From Rhodobacter sp. (GTDB lineage: Bacteria; Pseudomonadota; Alphaproteobacteria; Rhodobacterales; Rhodobacteraceae): a DNA stretch of 49,245 nt. Below are positions 9,216 to 18,159 of this stretch, in pieces (the first letter of the stretch is position 1; every line of letters starts with the position of its first letter). The stretch lies in assembly GCA_022340385.1 (NCBI GenBank), contig JAJDOB010000145.1, positions 1 to 49,245 of the forward strand, in the 5' to 3' direction. The translations under genes and the position numbers were made by a program. The notes under the pieces were generated by a model. That model ran no database searches, had not been told where the DNA came from, and was given only the letters and a program-made list of their open reading frames with translations.

Positions 9216-10987
9216 CGCCGCTCGAACCGGCGGCGCAGAACGATGGCGACCGCATTCATCACCACCAGAAAGGCCAGCAGCACCAGAATGGCGGCGCTTG
9301 TCTTTGCCTCGAACGCGCGTTCGGGGAAATCCGACCAGCGGAACACCTGCACCGGCAGGACCGTCGCGCTGTCGGTGATGCCGCCGGGAATATCGACGAT
9401 GAAGGCGACCATGCCGATCATGATAAGCGGTGCGGTTTCACCAAGGGCCTGCGCCATGCCGATGATGGTGCCGGTCAGGATGCCTGGCATCGCCAGAGGC
9501 AGCACATGGTGAAACGACGCCTGAACCTTGCTGGCCCCTACCCCAAGTGCTGCGTCGCGGATCGACGGCGGCACCGCCTTGATGGCGGCGCGCGCGGCGA
9601 TGATGATCGTCGGCAATGTCATCAGCGCCAGCACGATGCCACCGGCCAGCGGCGCAGAGCGCGGCACGCCGAAGACGCCCAGGAATACGCTGAGCCCCAG
9701 CAGGCCGAACACGATCGAGGGCACCGCCGCAAGGTTGTTGATATTGACCTCTATCAGGTCGGTGAACCGGTTCCTGGGGGCGAATTCCTCCAGGTAGATC
9801 GCCGCCGAGACGCCGATCGGGAAGGCCAGCAGAAAGGTCACCAGCATGGTCCAGAAACTACCCACGGTTGCGCCCCAGATACCGGCCAGTTCCGGCTCGC
9901 GGCTGTCGCTTGACCGGAAGAACCGCCAGTTGAACACATGCTCGATGGCTCCGGCCTGGCGCAGCACCTCCAGCGCCACCACCTGGGTGTCACTGACCTT
10001 GCGCGCGGCCTCTGGCAGATCGCTCAGCCGCAGCGTCCAGTCGGTGATGCCGCTCGGCGCACTGCCATCCAGCGGCGCCAGCACATCGGCCTCGGCGCGA
10101 CTTGCGCTCAGGCTGGTCAGCTTCAGCCAGCCGCCCGCCGCCTGCACGAAAACCGACCGGTTGTCGCTGTCCAGACCTTCGGTCTCGGCGCCGCCGGCGG
10201 CGCGCGCTTCAAGCTTTTCGGCGTCGGCCAGCAGCCCGTCACGCAGCGCCGTCGCAGAGTCCAGCTGTGCCTGCGCGCCGGCGCGGGTCTCGTCATCGGC
10301 TGCCGCCGCGACGCGCGCGCCATAGACCGAAACCGCATTGTTCTGGCGGGCGGCCTGGCGGCGCAGGCGCTGCGCATCCTGTGTCAGACGGGCGCGGACC
10401 TGTACCAGGACGGCGGCGAAATCATCCGCCGTGCTGGTCAGCACCGCCGTGTCGCCGTCCAGTTCGATGGCCAGCGTGCCGTTGGTCGCCAGCCTGTCCA
10501 GCCCGCCGAAGTCGCCCTTCAGGTAAAGATCGGCCACATCCGAGGCCAGAAAACGATAGTCGATGGTCTGCCCCACAAGCCCGGGGTCGGACGACACTTT
10601 TGCCGCCAGTTCGAACGCGGCCCCCCCGGAAACGATGTCGTAAAGCTCGCGCCGCGCGCTGCGGCCGGTCACGAACGGAAAATTCTCTTTCAGGACATCC
10701 TTGGTCAGGCCGCCGAAATTCGCCCGCAGGATGGTCTTGGGATCGCGCGTGCCATCGGGGTCGATCTTGTCCGCCTCCAGGGTCACCGGCAGCGTGATGT
10801 AGCTTTCAGTGATTGCGCCCGAGGCCGTCCAAAGCACCGACCCCAGCAGCCAGAACAGGGCCAGCCCGGCCACCGCGATGGCACTGATGCCATAGGCCTT
10901 CAGCCGCATTTCCGCAAAGCGGCGCTTGCGCAACTTCGCGTCGCCGCCGCCGATCAGGCGGCCATGCCCTGTTGTTGTCTCAACCAT
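9209..10987 (-). CDS. pstA: phosphate ABC transporter permease PstA (long form with an extended periplasmic segment)
   Basis: The C-terminal ~280 aa form the PstA permease core (EAA-type loop ...[12 protein letters not shown]...). The N-terminus has one TM followed by a roughly 330-aa hydrophilic Ala/Asp/Arg-rich region. An AGGGGG SD precedes ATG at 10987. Confidence 0.9.
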   Translation of the reverse strand: MVETTTGHGRLIGGGDAKLRKRRFAEMRLKAYGISAIAVAGLALFWLLGSVLWTASGAITESYITLPVTLEADKIDPDGTRDPKTILRANFGGLTKDVLKENFPFVTGRSARRELYDIVSGGAAFELAAKVSSDPGLVGQTIDYRFLASDVADLYLKGDFGGLDRLATNGTLAIELDGDTAVLTSTADDFAAVLVQVRARLTQDAQRLRRQAARQNNAVSVYGARVAAAADDETRAGAQAQLDSATALRDGLLADAEKLEARAAGGAETEGLDSDNRSVFVQAAGGWLKLTSLSASRAEADVLAPLDGSAPSGITDWTLRLSDLPEAARKVSDTQVVALEVLRQAGAIEHVFNWRFFRSSDSREPELAGIWGATVGSFWTMLVTFLLAFPIGVSAAIYLEEFAPRNRFTDLIEVNINNLAAVPSIVFGLLGLSVFLGVFGVPRSAPLAGGIVLALMTLPTIIIAARAAIKAVPPSIRDAALGVGASKVQASFHHVLPLAMPGILTGTIIGMAQALGETAPLIMIGMVAFIVDIPGGITDSATVLPVQVFRWSDFPERAFEAKTSAAILVLLAFLVVMNAVAIVLRRRFERRW

Positions 10988-10998
10988 TCCCGGGCCCC

Positions 10999-12375
10999 CT
11001 AGTCATAGGCTTCGCGGTAGCGCCGGACCAGGCGCTGCGCCACGATATTCATCAGCAGGGTCACGCAGAACAACGTGAACCCCAGCGTAAATGCAGGCCC
11101 GGCGGCGGTTTCCGCCTCGGTGTCGCCGGTGATCAGCATCACGATCTGGACGGTGACGGTGGTGACCGCCTCCAGCGGGTTCGCCGTCAGGTTCGCGCCC
11201 TGCCCCGCGGCCATCACCACGATCATGGTTTCGCCCACCGCCCGGCTGAACCCCAGCAGGGCCGCTGACACGATGCCCGGCAATGCGGCGGGCAGGATCA
11301 CCTGCCGGATGGTTTCGGCCTTGGTCGCGCCCAGCCCGTAGGATCCGTCACGCAGCGATTGCGGCACGGCATTTATCACGTCGTCGCTGAGCGAAGAGAT
11401 GAACGGAATGATCATGATGCCCATCACCACCCCGGCCACCAGCGCGCTTTCGCTGGCCACCGACAGCCCGATCGCCTCGCCGGTGTTGCGAAACAGCGGC
11501 GCGACGGTGATCGCGGCAAAGAACCCGTAGACCACGGTCGGAATACCGGCGAGGATTTCCAGCATCGGCTTGACGACCGCGCGCACCCGGCGCGACGCGA
11601 AATCCGACAGGTAGACCGCCGCGAACAAGCCGATCGGCACCGCCACCAGCATCGCGATGAAGGTGATCATCAGCGTGCCGGCGAACAGCGGGATCGCACC
11701 CACCTTGTCGGCGTCCAGCTCTCCGGTGTGGACGCCCGACAACGGCGACCAGGTAGTCCCGAACAGGAACTTCTGGACCTGCCAGTCTATCTTGCCGAAA
11801 AAATTCAGCGTCTCGAAGATCAGCGAAAGCACGATGCCGACTGTCGTCAGAATGGCGATTGTCGCCATTGCCGCCAGCAGCACCCGCACGATCGCCTCGG
11901 TCCGGTTGCGGGCGCGCCGCTGCGCAGAGATCACCCGCCCGGTCAGCAGGGCCGCGCCCAGGACACCGCCGATGACCAGAAAGACCCGGGCCCAGCCCCA
12001 GCGCCCGGCCACCTTTGAATAATCGGCGGCAATCGCCATCCGGATGTCATCGGTTTTCGAAGCGACCTCGCCGGCGGCAATCGCGCGCGCGTCCGACAGG
12101 ACCAGTTCATGTGCGATCGAGGGTTCGTCAGGCAACGCCGTGGCGATGCGCGACATCAGCGTGCTTTCGATCACCCAGTTCGACACAAGCGTCAGCCCGA
12201 TCAGCAGGCCCCACCCGATCATCAGCACCCAGAGGAAACTGTAGAACCCGTGATAGGAGGGCCGCGAATGCAGTTGCGAAATCTCGCCGCCCACGACCTG
12301 GCGCGCGCGCCCCTGCGAGATGATATACGCGGCAATGGCGGCCACGAACGTGAAAGCGAACAGCACGGCAGTCAT
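10999..12375 (-). CDS. pstC: phosphate ABC transporter permease PstC (long form)
   Basis: A 458-aa polytopic protein with the PstC core (...LRDGSYGLGATKAETIRQVILPAALPGIVSA...), between pstS and pstA. Confidence 0.93.
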   Translation of the reverse strand: MTAVLFAFTFVAAIAAYIISQGRARQVVGGEISQLHSRPSYHGFYSFLWVLMIGWGLLIGLTLVSNWVIESTLMSRIATALPDEPSIAHELVLSDARAIAAGEVASKTDDIRMAIAADYSKVAGRWGWARVFLVIGGVLGAALLTGRVISAQRRARNRTEAIVRVLLAAMATIAILTTVGIVLSLIFETLNFFGKIDWQVQKFLFGTTWSPLSGVHTGELDADKVGAIPLFAGTLMITFIAMLVAVPIGLFAAVYLSDFASRRVRAVVKPMLEILAGIPTVVYGFFAAITVAPLFRNTGEAIGLSVASESALVAGVVMGIMIIPFISSLSDDVINAVPQSLRDGSYGLGATKAETIRQVILPAALPGIVSAALLGFSRAVGETMIVVMAAGQGANLTANPLEAVTTVTVQIVMLITGDTEAETAAGPAFTLGFTLFCVTLLMNIVAQRLVRRYREAYD

Positions 12376-12414
12376 CGGTCGGGCCCCAGGTCTTCAGTAA
12401 GTCTTCAATTCCTG

Positions 12415-12442
12415 GGGCGAGAAGGTGCAGCCCCCCTCGCCC
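12415..12442 (-). terminator. intercistronic stem-loop between pstS and pstC (attenuator or stabiliser type)
   Basis: A 7-bp GC stem, GGGCGAG (12415-12421) / CTCGCCC (12436-12442), lies in the 84-bp pstS-pstC gap. There is no T-run on the coding (minus) strand, so it is probably a partial terminator or RNA-stability element. Confidence 0.35.
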
Positions 12443-12459
12443 GCGTTCTTTTCAGTGGA

Positions 12460-13446
12460 TCAGTTCCACTCGTTGCCGGTCATCGGCGTCAGTTGCTCGA
12501 CACTCATCGAGACTTTCTCGAACATGTCCTCTGGCAGCGGGATCAACCCCTTGTCGACCAGATAGCCGTCTTCGCCGACAGCCGCGTCCGACATGAATTC
12601 GGCGGCGTATTCCGCGATGCCCGGAACCACGCCGACATGGGCGTTCTTGACGTAGAAATACAGGCTGCGCGAGACCGGATAGTCACCCGAAGCGATGTTT
12701 TCAAAGGTCGGCTCGACCCCATCGACGGTCGCACCCTTGATGGCGTCGGCATTCTGGTCGAGGAAGGAAAACCCGAACACACCCAACGCGTTGGGGTTGG
12801 CTTCCAGTTTTGACACGATCAGGTTGTCGTTCTCGCCCGCATCGACCCACGCGCCATCGCTGCGCACCGAGACACCGTCGCATTCGACCAGGTCGGTGTC
12901 TTCGCACGCTTCCTGCATCACCAGTTCCTCGAATGCGTCACGGGTGCCCGACGACGGCGGCGGGCCCAGAACCTCGATCTTGATGGCGGGCAGCGACGGG
13001 TCGACCTGGTCCCAGGTGATCGGCTTGGGGCCGGCTTCGGCCAGTGCAATCACCAGCTGAACGCGGGTCACCGCGAAATCGGGGCCGGATTTGGCGTTGG
13101 CGACGACGATGCCATCATAGCCGATCACTGCTTCGGTAATTTCGGTCACCCCATTTTCCGCACACAGCTTGAATTCCTTGGCTTTCATGCGGCGCGAGGC
13201 ATTGGTGATGTCGGGATGCTCGGTGCCGACACCGGCGCAGAACAGCTTCAGCCCGCCGCCCGAACCGGTCGATTCAACAACCGGGGTCTGGAAATCGGTG
13301 GTCTTGCCGAACTGCTCGGCCACGGCGGTCGAGAACGGGAAAACGGTGGACGATCCGACGATGCGGATCTGGTCGCGGGCAGCAGCCGCCGTTGCAGCAA
13401 TGGCAGAGATCGCCAGTGCAGAGGCGGTCAGTTTCACGAAGGACAT
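12460..13446 (-). CDS. pstS: phosphate ABC transporter substrate-binding protein (PstS family)
   Basis: Signal peptide MSFVKLTASALAISAIAATAAAA, followed by IRIVGSSTVFPF...STGSGGG, typical of the PstS/PBP-like family. CAGGAG SD. First gene of the pst operon. Confidence 0.92.
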   Translation of the reverse strand: MSFVKLTASALAISAIAATAAAARDQIRIVGSSTVFPFSTAVAEQFGKTTDFQTPVVESTGSGGGLKLFCAGVGTEHPDITNASRRMKAKEFKLCAENGVTEITEAVIGYDGIVVANAKSGPDFAVTRVQLVIALAEAGPKPITWDQVDPSLPAIKIEVLGPPPSSGTRDAFEELVMQEACEDTDLVECDGVSVRSDGAWVDAGENDNLIVSKLEANPNALGVFGFSFLDQNADAIKGATVDGVEPTFENIASGDYPVSRSLYFYVKNAHVGVVPGIAEYAAEFMSDAAVGEDGYLVDKGLIPLPEDMFEKVSMSVEQLTPMTGNEWN

Positions 13447-13530
13447 GGAAAACTCCTGATTGGTTTTTCGTCCGATGCAACGCGCCGTCGCACCGATGCG
13501 CCGGTCCTAGGCGGTTGCGACTATGCTTTT

Positions 13531-13559
13531 GTGACAGCCGTGTAACAGGAGTATGACAA
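13531..13559 (-). promoter_or_regulatory. Pho box (PhoB binding site) of the pstS promoter
   Basis: The minus strand reads TTGTCAT-ACTC-CTGTTAC-ACGG-CTGTCAC: three 7-bp direct repeats with 11-bp periodicity, matching the CTGTCAT-N4-CTGTCA(C/T) consensus. A -10-like CATAGT follows 5 nt later. The site lies 85-113 bp upstream of the pstS ATG. Confidence 0.75.
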
Positions 13560-13728
13560 CGTCGGAGTCCGCATCGGCAGCGGAAATCAACGAAATTCTG
13601 TATTTACCATTCAATAACAGCATATTATGCGAATTAATTGAACCAAGTTCTACAAATTGAAAAAGAATATTTCCGCAGCTTTTGACGCCCCGGCATTCTG
13701 CATTGCAGCGTGGCGGGTGTCCATCAAC

Positions 13729-14772
13729 TCAACCCTGCGAATCGTCCGCGACCGGCCCGCGCGGCAGAACCACGATGAACCGGCTGCCCTGCCCCGGCGT
13801 GCTTTCGATGCGCAGCCGTCCGCGGTGCCGGTTGATGATATGTTTCACGATCGCCAGACCCAACCCGGTGCCGCCCATTTCCCGGCTGCGATGGCTGTCG
13901 ACGCGGTAGAACCGTTCGGTCAGCCGTGGCACATGCAGCGGGTCGATCCCGATGCCGTTGTCGCGCACCTCGATCCGCACCGCCGGCGCGCGCAGGACCG
14001 GGTCACGCTCGACCCGGGCGATGTCGATGAACACATCGGTTCGCCCGTATTTCACCGCGTTCTCGATCAGGTTGGCGAAAATCTGCAACAACTGGTCCGC
14101 ATCACCCGGAACGATCAGCGCATCCTGCGCGCCGCTGACATGCAGCGTCACCCCGGCCTCTGCCGCGACCGGGCCCAGCGTCATGGTTGCCGAGGTGACC
14201 AGTGCGGCCACGTCCGAACGTCCCTGCGGGCGCATGCGCTCTTCGGATTCGACGCGGCTCAGCGACAGCAGATCCCGGATCAGCCGGCTCATCCGCCCGG
14301 CCTCGGTCGCCATGATCCCCAGAAACCGTTCGCGGGCCGCGGCATCATCGCGGGCCGGACCGCGCAGGGTTTCGATGAAGCCCAGCAATGCGGTCAGCGG
14401 CGTGCGCAGTTCATGGCTGACATTGGCGACGAAATCACGGCGCATCTGGCCCGCTTCGTGGACATGGCCGACATCGTCGAGGCTTAACAGGACGCCGCCG
14501 CCGGCAAGTGGCGCGGCGTTGGCCAGAAAGATCGTCTCTCGCAAAGCACCGCGAAGCGGGAACCGTGCCTGCGCGGTCTTGACCTGTTTCAGGGCAGTCT
14601 CGATGCAGTCCAGCAAGGCGGGCTGGCGCAGAGCCGTGATATAGTGCCGCCCGACAGCGGCAGAGCCGAACAGTTCCTCGGCCAGCGGATTGGCCATCAC
14701 CACGCGCGCGTCTCCCCCGATCAGCACCAGCGGCATCGGCACCGCCGCCATCAGGGCTGACGGGTCGGTCAT
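13729..14772 (-). CDS. phoR: phosphate regulon sensor histidine kinase PhoR (cytoplasmic form: PAS-DHp-CA, no TM segments)
   Basis: H-box FVANVSHELRTPL, N-box ...NLIENAVKY, G-boxes DNGIGI / GGTGLGLAIV. An N-terminal PAS-like segment starts at about residue 5. The gene lies directly upstream of pstS. Confidence 0.88.
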   Translation of the reverse strand: MTDPSALMAAVPMPLVLIGGDARVVMANPLAEELFGSAAVGRHYITALRQPALLDCIETALKQVKTAQARFPLRGALRETIFLANAAPLAGGGVLLSLDDVGHVHEAGQMRRDFVANVSHELRTPLTALLGFIETLRGPARDDAAARERFLGIMATEAGRMSRLIRDLLSLSRVESEERMRPQGRSDVAALVTSATMTLGPVAAEAGVTLHVSGAQDALIVPGDADQLLQIFANLIENAVKYGRTDVFIDIARVERDPVLRAPAVRIEVRDNGIGIDPLHVPRLTERFYRVDSHRSREMGGTGLGLAIVKHIINRHRGRLRIESTPGQGSRFIVVLPRGPVADDSQG

Positions 14773-14775
14773 CGC

Positions 14776-15957
14776 CTAGCCTGCCGCCGCCGCGATGGCG
14801 GCGCGGAATTCGCCGATCAGCATGTCGATATCCTCGACCCCGACAGAGACGCGAAAGAACCCCTCTGACATGCCCAGTTCCGCGCGCGCCGCCGGCGTCA
14901 GCGCGCGGTGCGAGGACGTGGCCGGATGGCTGAGCGTGGTGCCGATGTCGCCCAGCGTCGGCGCAAAGGCGATGTCGGGCGCGGCACGCACCAGCGCGTT
15001 GCTGGCCGCCCTGCCCCCGGCGATCTCGAAGCTTACCATGTTGCCGCCGCGCGCGCCCAGCAGCGCCACCGCGCGGTTGTGGTCGGGGTGATCGGGCCGG
15101 GTCGGATAAAGCACGCGTTTAACGCCGGGCGTGTCGGCCAGTGCATCGGCCAGCATGACGGCGTTCGCCTCTGCCCGGTCATAGCGCAATTCAAAGCTGT
15201 AAAGCCCGCGTTCAGCCAGCCAGCAATCGAACGGGCTGGGGGTCAGGCCCAGCGTGACGGCCGTGTCATAGATCGCCTTGCGATGCGTGGCATCACGCGC
15301 CGCCACATAGCCAAGGGTTGCATCAGAATGCCCCGCCAACAGCTTGGTAACGCTGTGTATTATCACATCTGCGCCATGTTCGAACGGCTGAAATCCGCGC
15401 GGCGTCGTGAAGGTGTTGTCAACCACCAGCAGGATACCATGTTCCCGCGCCAGCCGCGCGATGCCGGCCACATCAGACACCCGCAGTGTCGGGTTCGACA
15501 CGACCTCCAGCAGGATCATCCGGGTATTGGGTTGCAGGCTTTCGGCGAAGGCCCCGGCGTCTGTCGGATCCGCCAGCGCGGTTTCCACCCCGAAGCGCGG
15601 CAGTTCCTCGCGCATCATCCGCATCGAGCGCCCGTAAAGCTGGTTGCCGCCCAGCACATGATCGCCCGATTTCAGCAGCCCGAACATCACCGCCGCGATC
15701 GCCGCCATGCCACTGCCCAGGATCAGCCCGCCGGTCGCGCCTTCCAGTCGGTCGATCTTTTGCGCCAGAACCTCGGCGTTGGGATGGCCTTCGCGGGCAT
15801 AGGTAAAGCCTTTCGCGCGCCCCTCGTACTGGGCATCCAGCGCGTCGGGGCTTTCCGAGGCGTAGACCACCGAAGGCTGCAGCGGCGTCACCACCGCGCG
15901 GCTGGAACTGTCCGGCCAGCCCGTGCGTCTGACGATGGATTTAGCTTTATCTGTCAT
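14776..15957 (-). CDS. Cys/Met-metabolism PLP-dependent enzyme (cystathionine gamma-synthase / O-acylhomoserine sulfhydrylase family)
   Basis: PLP-lysine motif HSVTKLLAGHSD and 393-aa length, with the overall trans-sulfuration family pattern. The exact specificity cannot be called from sequence alone. Confidence 0.8.
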   Translation of the reverse strand: MTDKAKSIVRRTGWPDSSSRAVVTPLQPSVVYASESPDALDAQYEGRAKGFTYAREGHPNAEVLAQKIDRLEGATGGLILGSGMAAIAAVMFGLLKSGDHVLGGNQLYGRSMRMMREELPRFGVETALADPTDAGAFAESLQPNTRMILLEVVSNPTLRVSDVAGIARLAREHGILLVVDNTFTTPRGFQPFEHGADVIIHSVTKLLAGHSDATLGYVAARDATHRKAIYDTAVTLGLTPSPFDCWLAERGLYSFELRYDRAEANAVMLADALADTPGVKRVLYPTRPDHPDHNRAVALLGARGGNMVSFEIAGGRAASNALVRAAPDIAFAPTLGDIGTTLSHPATSSHRALTPAARAELGMSEGFFRVSVGVEDIDMLIGEFRAAIAAAAG

Positions 15958-15960
15958 GTC

Positions 15961-16491
15961 TTACCCGACGACCTTAAGGTCGCTCCGATACATCCTCATG
16001 CGCTTTTGATAGAACAGGGCCGAGGCCAGCAGCTTTTGCATTGCAGCCTCGTCCAGTTGCCGGATCACCCGGCCCGGCGCCCCCACCACCAGCGCACCGG
16101 GCGGAATTTCCTTGTTCTCGGCAACCAGCGCCCCGGCCCCCAGCAATGCACCCGCACCGATCACCGCGCCGTTCAGCACCGTCGCACCCATGCCAACCAG
16201 CACACCGTCGCCAACCGTGCAGCCATGCAGCATCGCCTTGTGACCGATGGTGCAGTTTTCACCTATGGTCAGCGGATAGCCCGGATCGGTATGCAGCACA
16301 CAGTTTTCCTGAACATTACTGCCCCGCCCGACGACGATCGGCTCGTTGTCACCGCGCAGCGTGCTGCCGAACCAGATCGAGGCGGCGCTGCTGATGACGA
16401 CATTGCCGATGACATTGGCATCGGGGGCGATGAAACAGTCGCCATCCTCGGGCAATTGCGGAGAAAGCTCTCCCAAAGCGTAAAGCGTCAT
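15961..16491 (-). CDS. gamma carbonic anhydrase family protein (left-handed beta-helix, YrdA/PaaY-like)
   Basis: Hexapeptide repeats run throughout ([13 protein letters not shown]..., [10 protein letters not shown]..., [13 protein letters not shown]...). 176 aa. Confidence 0.85.
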   Translation of the reverse strand: MTLYALGELSPQLPEDGDCFIAPDANVIGNVVISSAASIWFGSTLRGDNEPIVVGRGSNVQENCVLHTDPGYPLTIGENCTIGHKAMLHGCTVGDGVLVGMGATVLNGAVIGAGALLGAGALVAENKEIPPGALVVGAPGRVIRQLDEAAMQKLLASALFYQKRMRMYRSDLKVVG

Positions 16492-17129
16492 GTGCGGTCC
16501 TCGAATTCGCTGTTGAGTGCGCGCACGAATTCGCCCAGACCCGGCTGGCGGGTACGGCGCAGGCGTTCGGCACCAAGAATCGTCTGCAACTGCGCGGCTG
16601 CGACATCGACGTCACGGTTGACCAGCACATAGTCGTATTCCGCCCAGTGGCTGATCTCTGACCGGCTTTTCTGCATGCGTCCGGCGATGACCTCGTCGCT
16701 GTCCTGCCCGCGCCCGCGCAGCCGGCGTTCAAGATCCGCAATCGACGGCGGCAGCACAAAGACCGACACCACGTCCTGACCAAGGCTCGACTGCCGGATC
16801 TGCTGGCCACCCTGCCAGTCGATGTCGAACAGAACATCATTCCCCGCGGCGATTGCCGTCTCGACCGGGGCCTTGGGCGAGCCGTAAAGATTGCCGAACA
16901 CCTCGGCATGTTCCAGCATCTCGCCGGCGTCGACCATCCCCAGGAATTCCGCGCGGGTGCGAAAGTAATACTCGCGCCCGTCCAGTTCGCCCGGCCGGGG
17001 TGCGCGCGTCGTGGCAGAGACCGAAAACGCGATGCTGTCGTCCCAGTCGCGCAGGGATTTCGCCAGCGTCGACTTGCCCGCGCCAGAGGGCGAGCTGAGG
17101 ATGATCAGGATGCCACGGCGCGGGGCCAT
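16488..17129 (-). CDS. gmk: guanylate kinase
   Basis: P-loop [29 protein letters not shown], and conserved yicC-gmk synteny. Confidence 0.95.
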   Translation of the reverse strand: MAPRRGILIILSSPSGAGKSTLAKSLRDWDDSIAFSVSATTRAPRPGELDGREYYFRTRAEFLGMVDAGEMLEHAEVFGNLYGSPKAPVETAIAAGNDVLFDIDWQGGQQIRQSSLGQDVVSVFVLPPSIADLERRLRGRGQDSDEVIAGRMQKSRSEISHWAEYDYVLVNRDVDVAAAQLQTILGAERLRRTRQPGLGEFVRALNSEFEDRT

Positions 17130-17132
17130 GCG

Positions 17133-18023
17133 TTACTCCACGTTCTGAACCTGTTCGCGCATCTGATCTATGGTGGCTTTCAGGTCAAGCCCGACACGGG
17201 TCAGATCGGCGGACTGCGCCTTGGAACACAGGGTGTTGGCCTCGCGGTTGAATTCCTGCGACAGGAAGTCGAGCTTGCGCCCGACGGCGCCATCGGCGGC
17301 CAGCAGATCGCGCGCGGCGGCGACATGCGCGCCCAGCCGGTCGATTTCCTCGGTGACATCGGTCTTGACCGCGATCATCGCCAGTTCCTGCGCCACCCGG
17401 TCGGGATCCGCGCCCTCGGCATTGACGATCACCCGCGCCAGGTTTTCGCGCAGACGGTCGGCCATCTGTGTCTTGCGCGCCTCGGCCATGGACGCGGCCT
17501 GCGCCGTCAGCGCCTCGATCTGGTCCAGTTGCGCACGCATGACATCGGCCAGCGCCGCGCCCTCGGTCTGGCGCATGGCGTCAAAGTCGGCCACCAGCGC
17601 CGGCAGGTCGGCCACGATCGCCCTGGCCAGCGGCGCGGTATCCTCTTCGCCGGTGTCGCTGACCAGAACATTGCGCAGGCCAAGCACATCCGTGGCACTT
17701 GCCGGCGCCAGTTGCAGCCCCTTGCCGGCGGCGGCGGCGTTGATTTCCGCCATCTGCCCCAGCACCCGCTCCAGCGCGTCGAAATCCAGCCGTTCGCCGG
17801 TTGACGCCGCATCGCGGGCAAGTTTCATCCCGACGCTGACATTGCCGCGTGCCACGACATCCGTGACCGCGCTGCGCACGGCGGCCTCCAGCCCCTCGAC
17901 CCAGTCGGGCAGCCGCAGCCGCACGTCAAGCCCGCGCGCGTTGACCGCGCGCATGTCCCAGGTCCAGCTGTAGGGGCCGAATTCGCCCCGGGCGGATGCA
18001 AATCCGGTCATGGATTTAACCAT
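17133..18023 (-). CDS. yicC: YicC family stress-induced protein
   Basis: N-terminal MVKSMTGFAS (compare E. coli MIRSMTAYA) and C-terminal GRKLDFLSQEFNREANTLCSKA...IDQMREQVQNVE, which are YicC N- and C-terminal signatures. Confidence 0.92.
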   Translation of the reverse strand: MVKSMTGFASARGEFGPYSWTWDMRAVNARGLDVRLRLPDWVEGLEAAVRSAVTDVVARGNVSVGMKLARDAASTGERLDFDALERVLGQMAEINAAAAGKGLQLAPASATDVLGLRNVLVSDTGEEDTAPLARAIVADLPALVADFDAMRQTEGAALADVMRAQLDQIEALTAQAASMAEARKTQMADRLRENLARVIVNAEGADPDRVAQELAMIAVKTDVTEEIDRLGAHVAAARDLLAADGAVGRKLDFLSQEFNREANTLCSKAQSADLTRVGLDLKATIDQMREQVQNVE

Positions 18024-18044
18024 TGCAATTAACCATTTAGTAAC
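18016..18044. promoter_or_regulatory. tandem CtrA-type binding motifs (2x TTAACCATT; TTAA-N7-GTAAC)
   Basis: The sequence is TTAACCATTGCAATTAACCATTTAGTAAC. The exact 8-mer half-site TTAACCAT occurs at 18016 (overlapping the yicC ATG) and again at 18029. The second copy extends to TTAA-CCATTTA-GTAAC, one mismatch from TTAA-N7-TTAAC. Confidence 0.5.
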
Positions 18045-18159
18045 TTTCGGCCCCCGTATGCCTGCGAATTGTGGCAGATTAAGGAAAGAATAAGGATTCT
18101 GACCTTAGAGTTAACAGACGACATGCCGGGTCACAATCAAGGCCCGGTGTTTCGGGAAA

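Noticed and set aside
13600-13645. dif-like sequence: the minus strand reads AATTCGCATAA-TATGCT-GTTATTGAATG, and its left arm resembles the XerC arm (G)TGCGCATAA
   Set aside because: The highly conserved XerD arm TTATGTTAAAT is not present (poor match, and the inner inverted repeat is spaced 7 rather than 6). The location inside the Pho locus promoter gives no support either. It is probably a chance AT-rich palindrome (GCATATTATGC).
15969-15982. Perfect 14-bp palindrome CGACCTTAAGGTCG
   Set aside because: It is entirely within the last codons of the gamma-carbonic-anhydrase gene (...SDLKVVG*), 3 nt from the next gene. It could form a small intercistronic hairpin, but there is no supporting evidence, and it may simply reflect codon choice.
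14908-16632. 574-aa plus-strand ORF. Similar very long ORFs occur at 25009-26913 (+), 32743-34416 (-), 29617-31047 (-), 4615-5760 (-), 9938-11002 (+), 8376-9512 (+) and 20346-21170 (-).
   Set aside because: All lie antisense to genes with unmistakable family signatures (gmk/gamma-CA/PLP enzyme, mfd, gyrA, arginase/ocd, tsf, pstA, pstB, glxA). Their translations are Arg/Gly/His/Pro/Gln-rich low-complexity strings with no motifs, which is typical of shadow ORFs in high-GC DNA.
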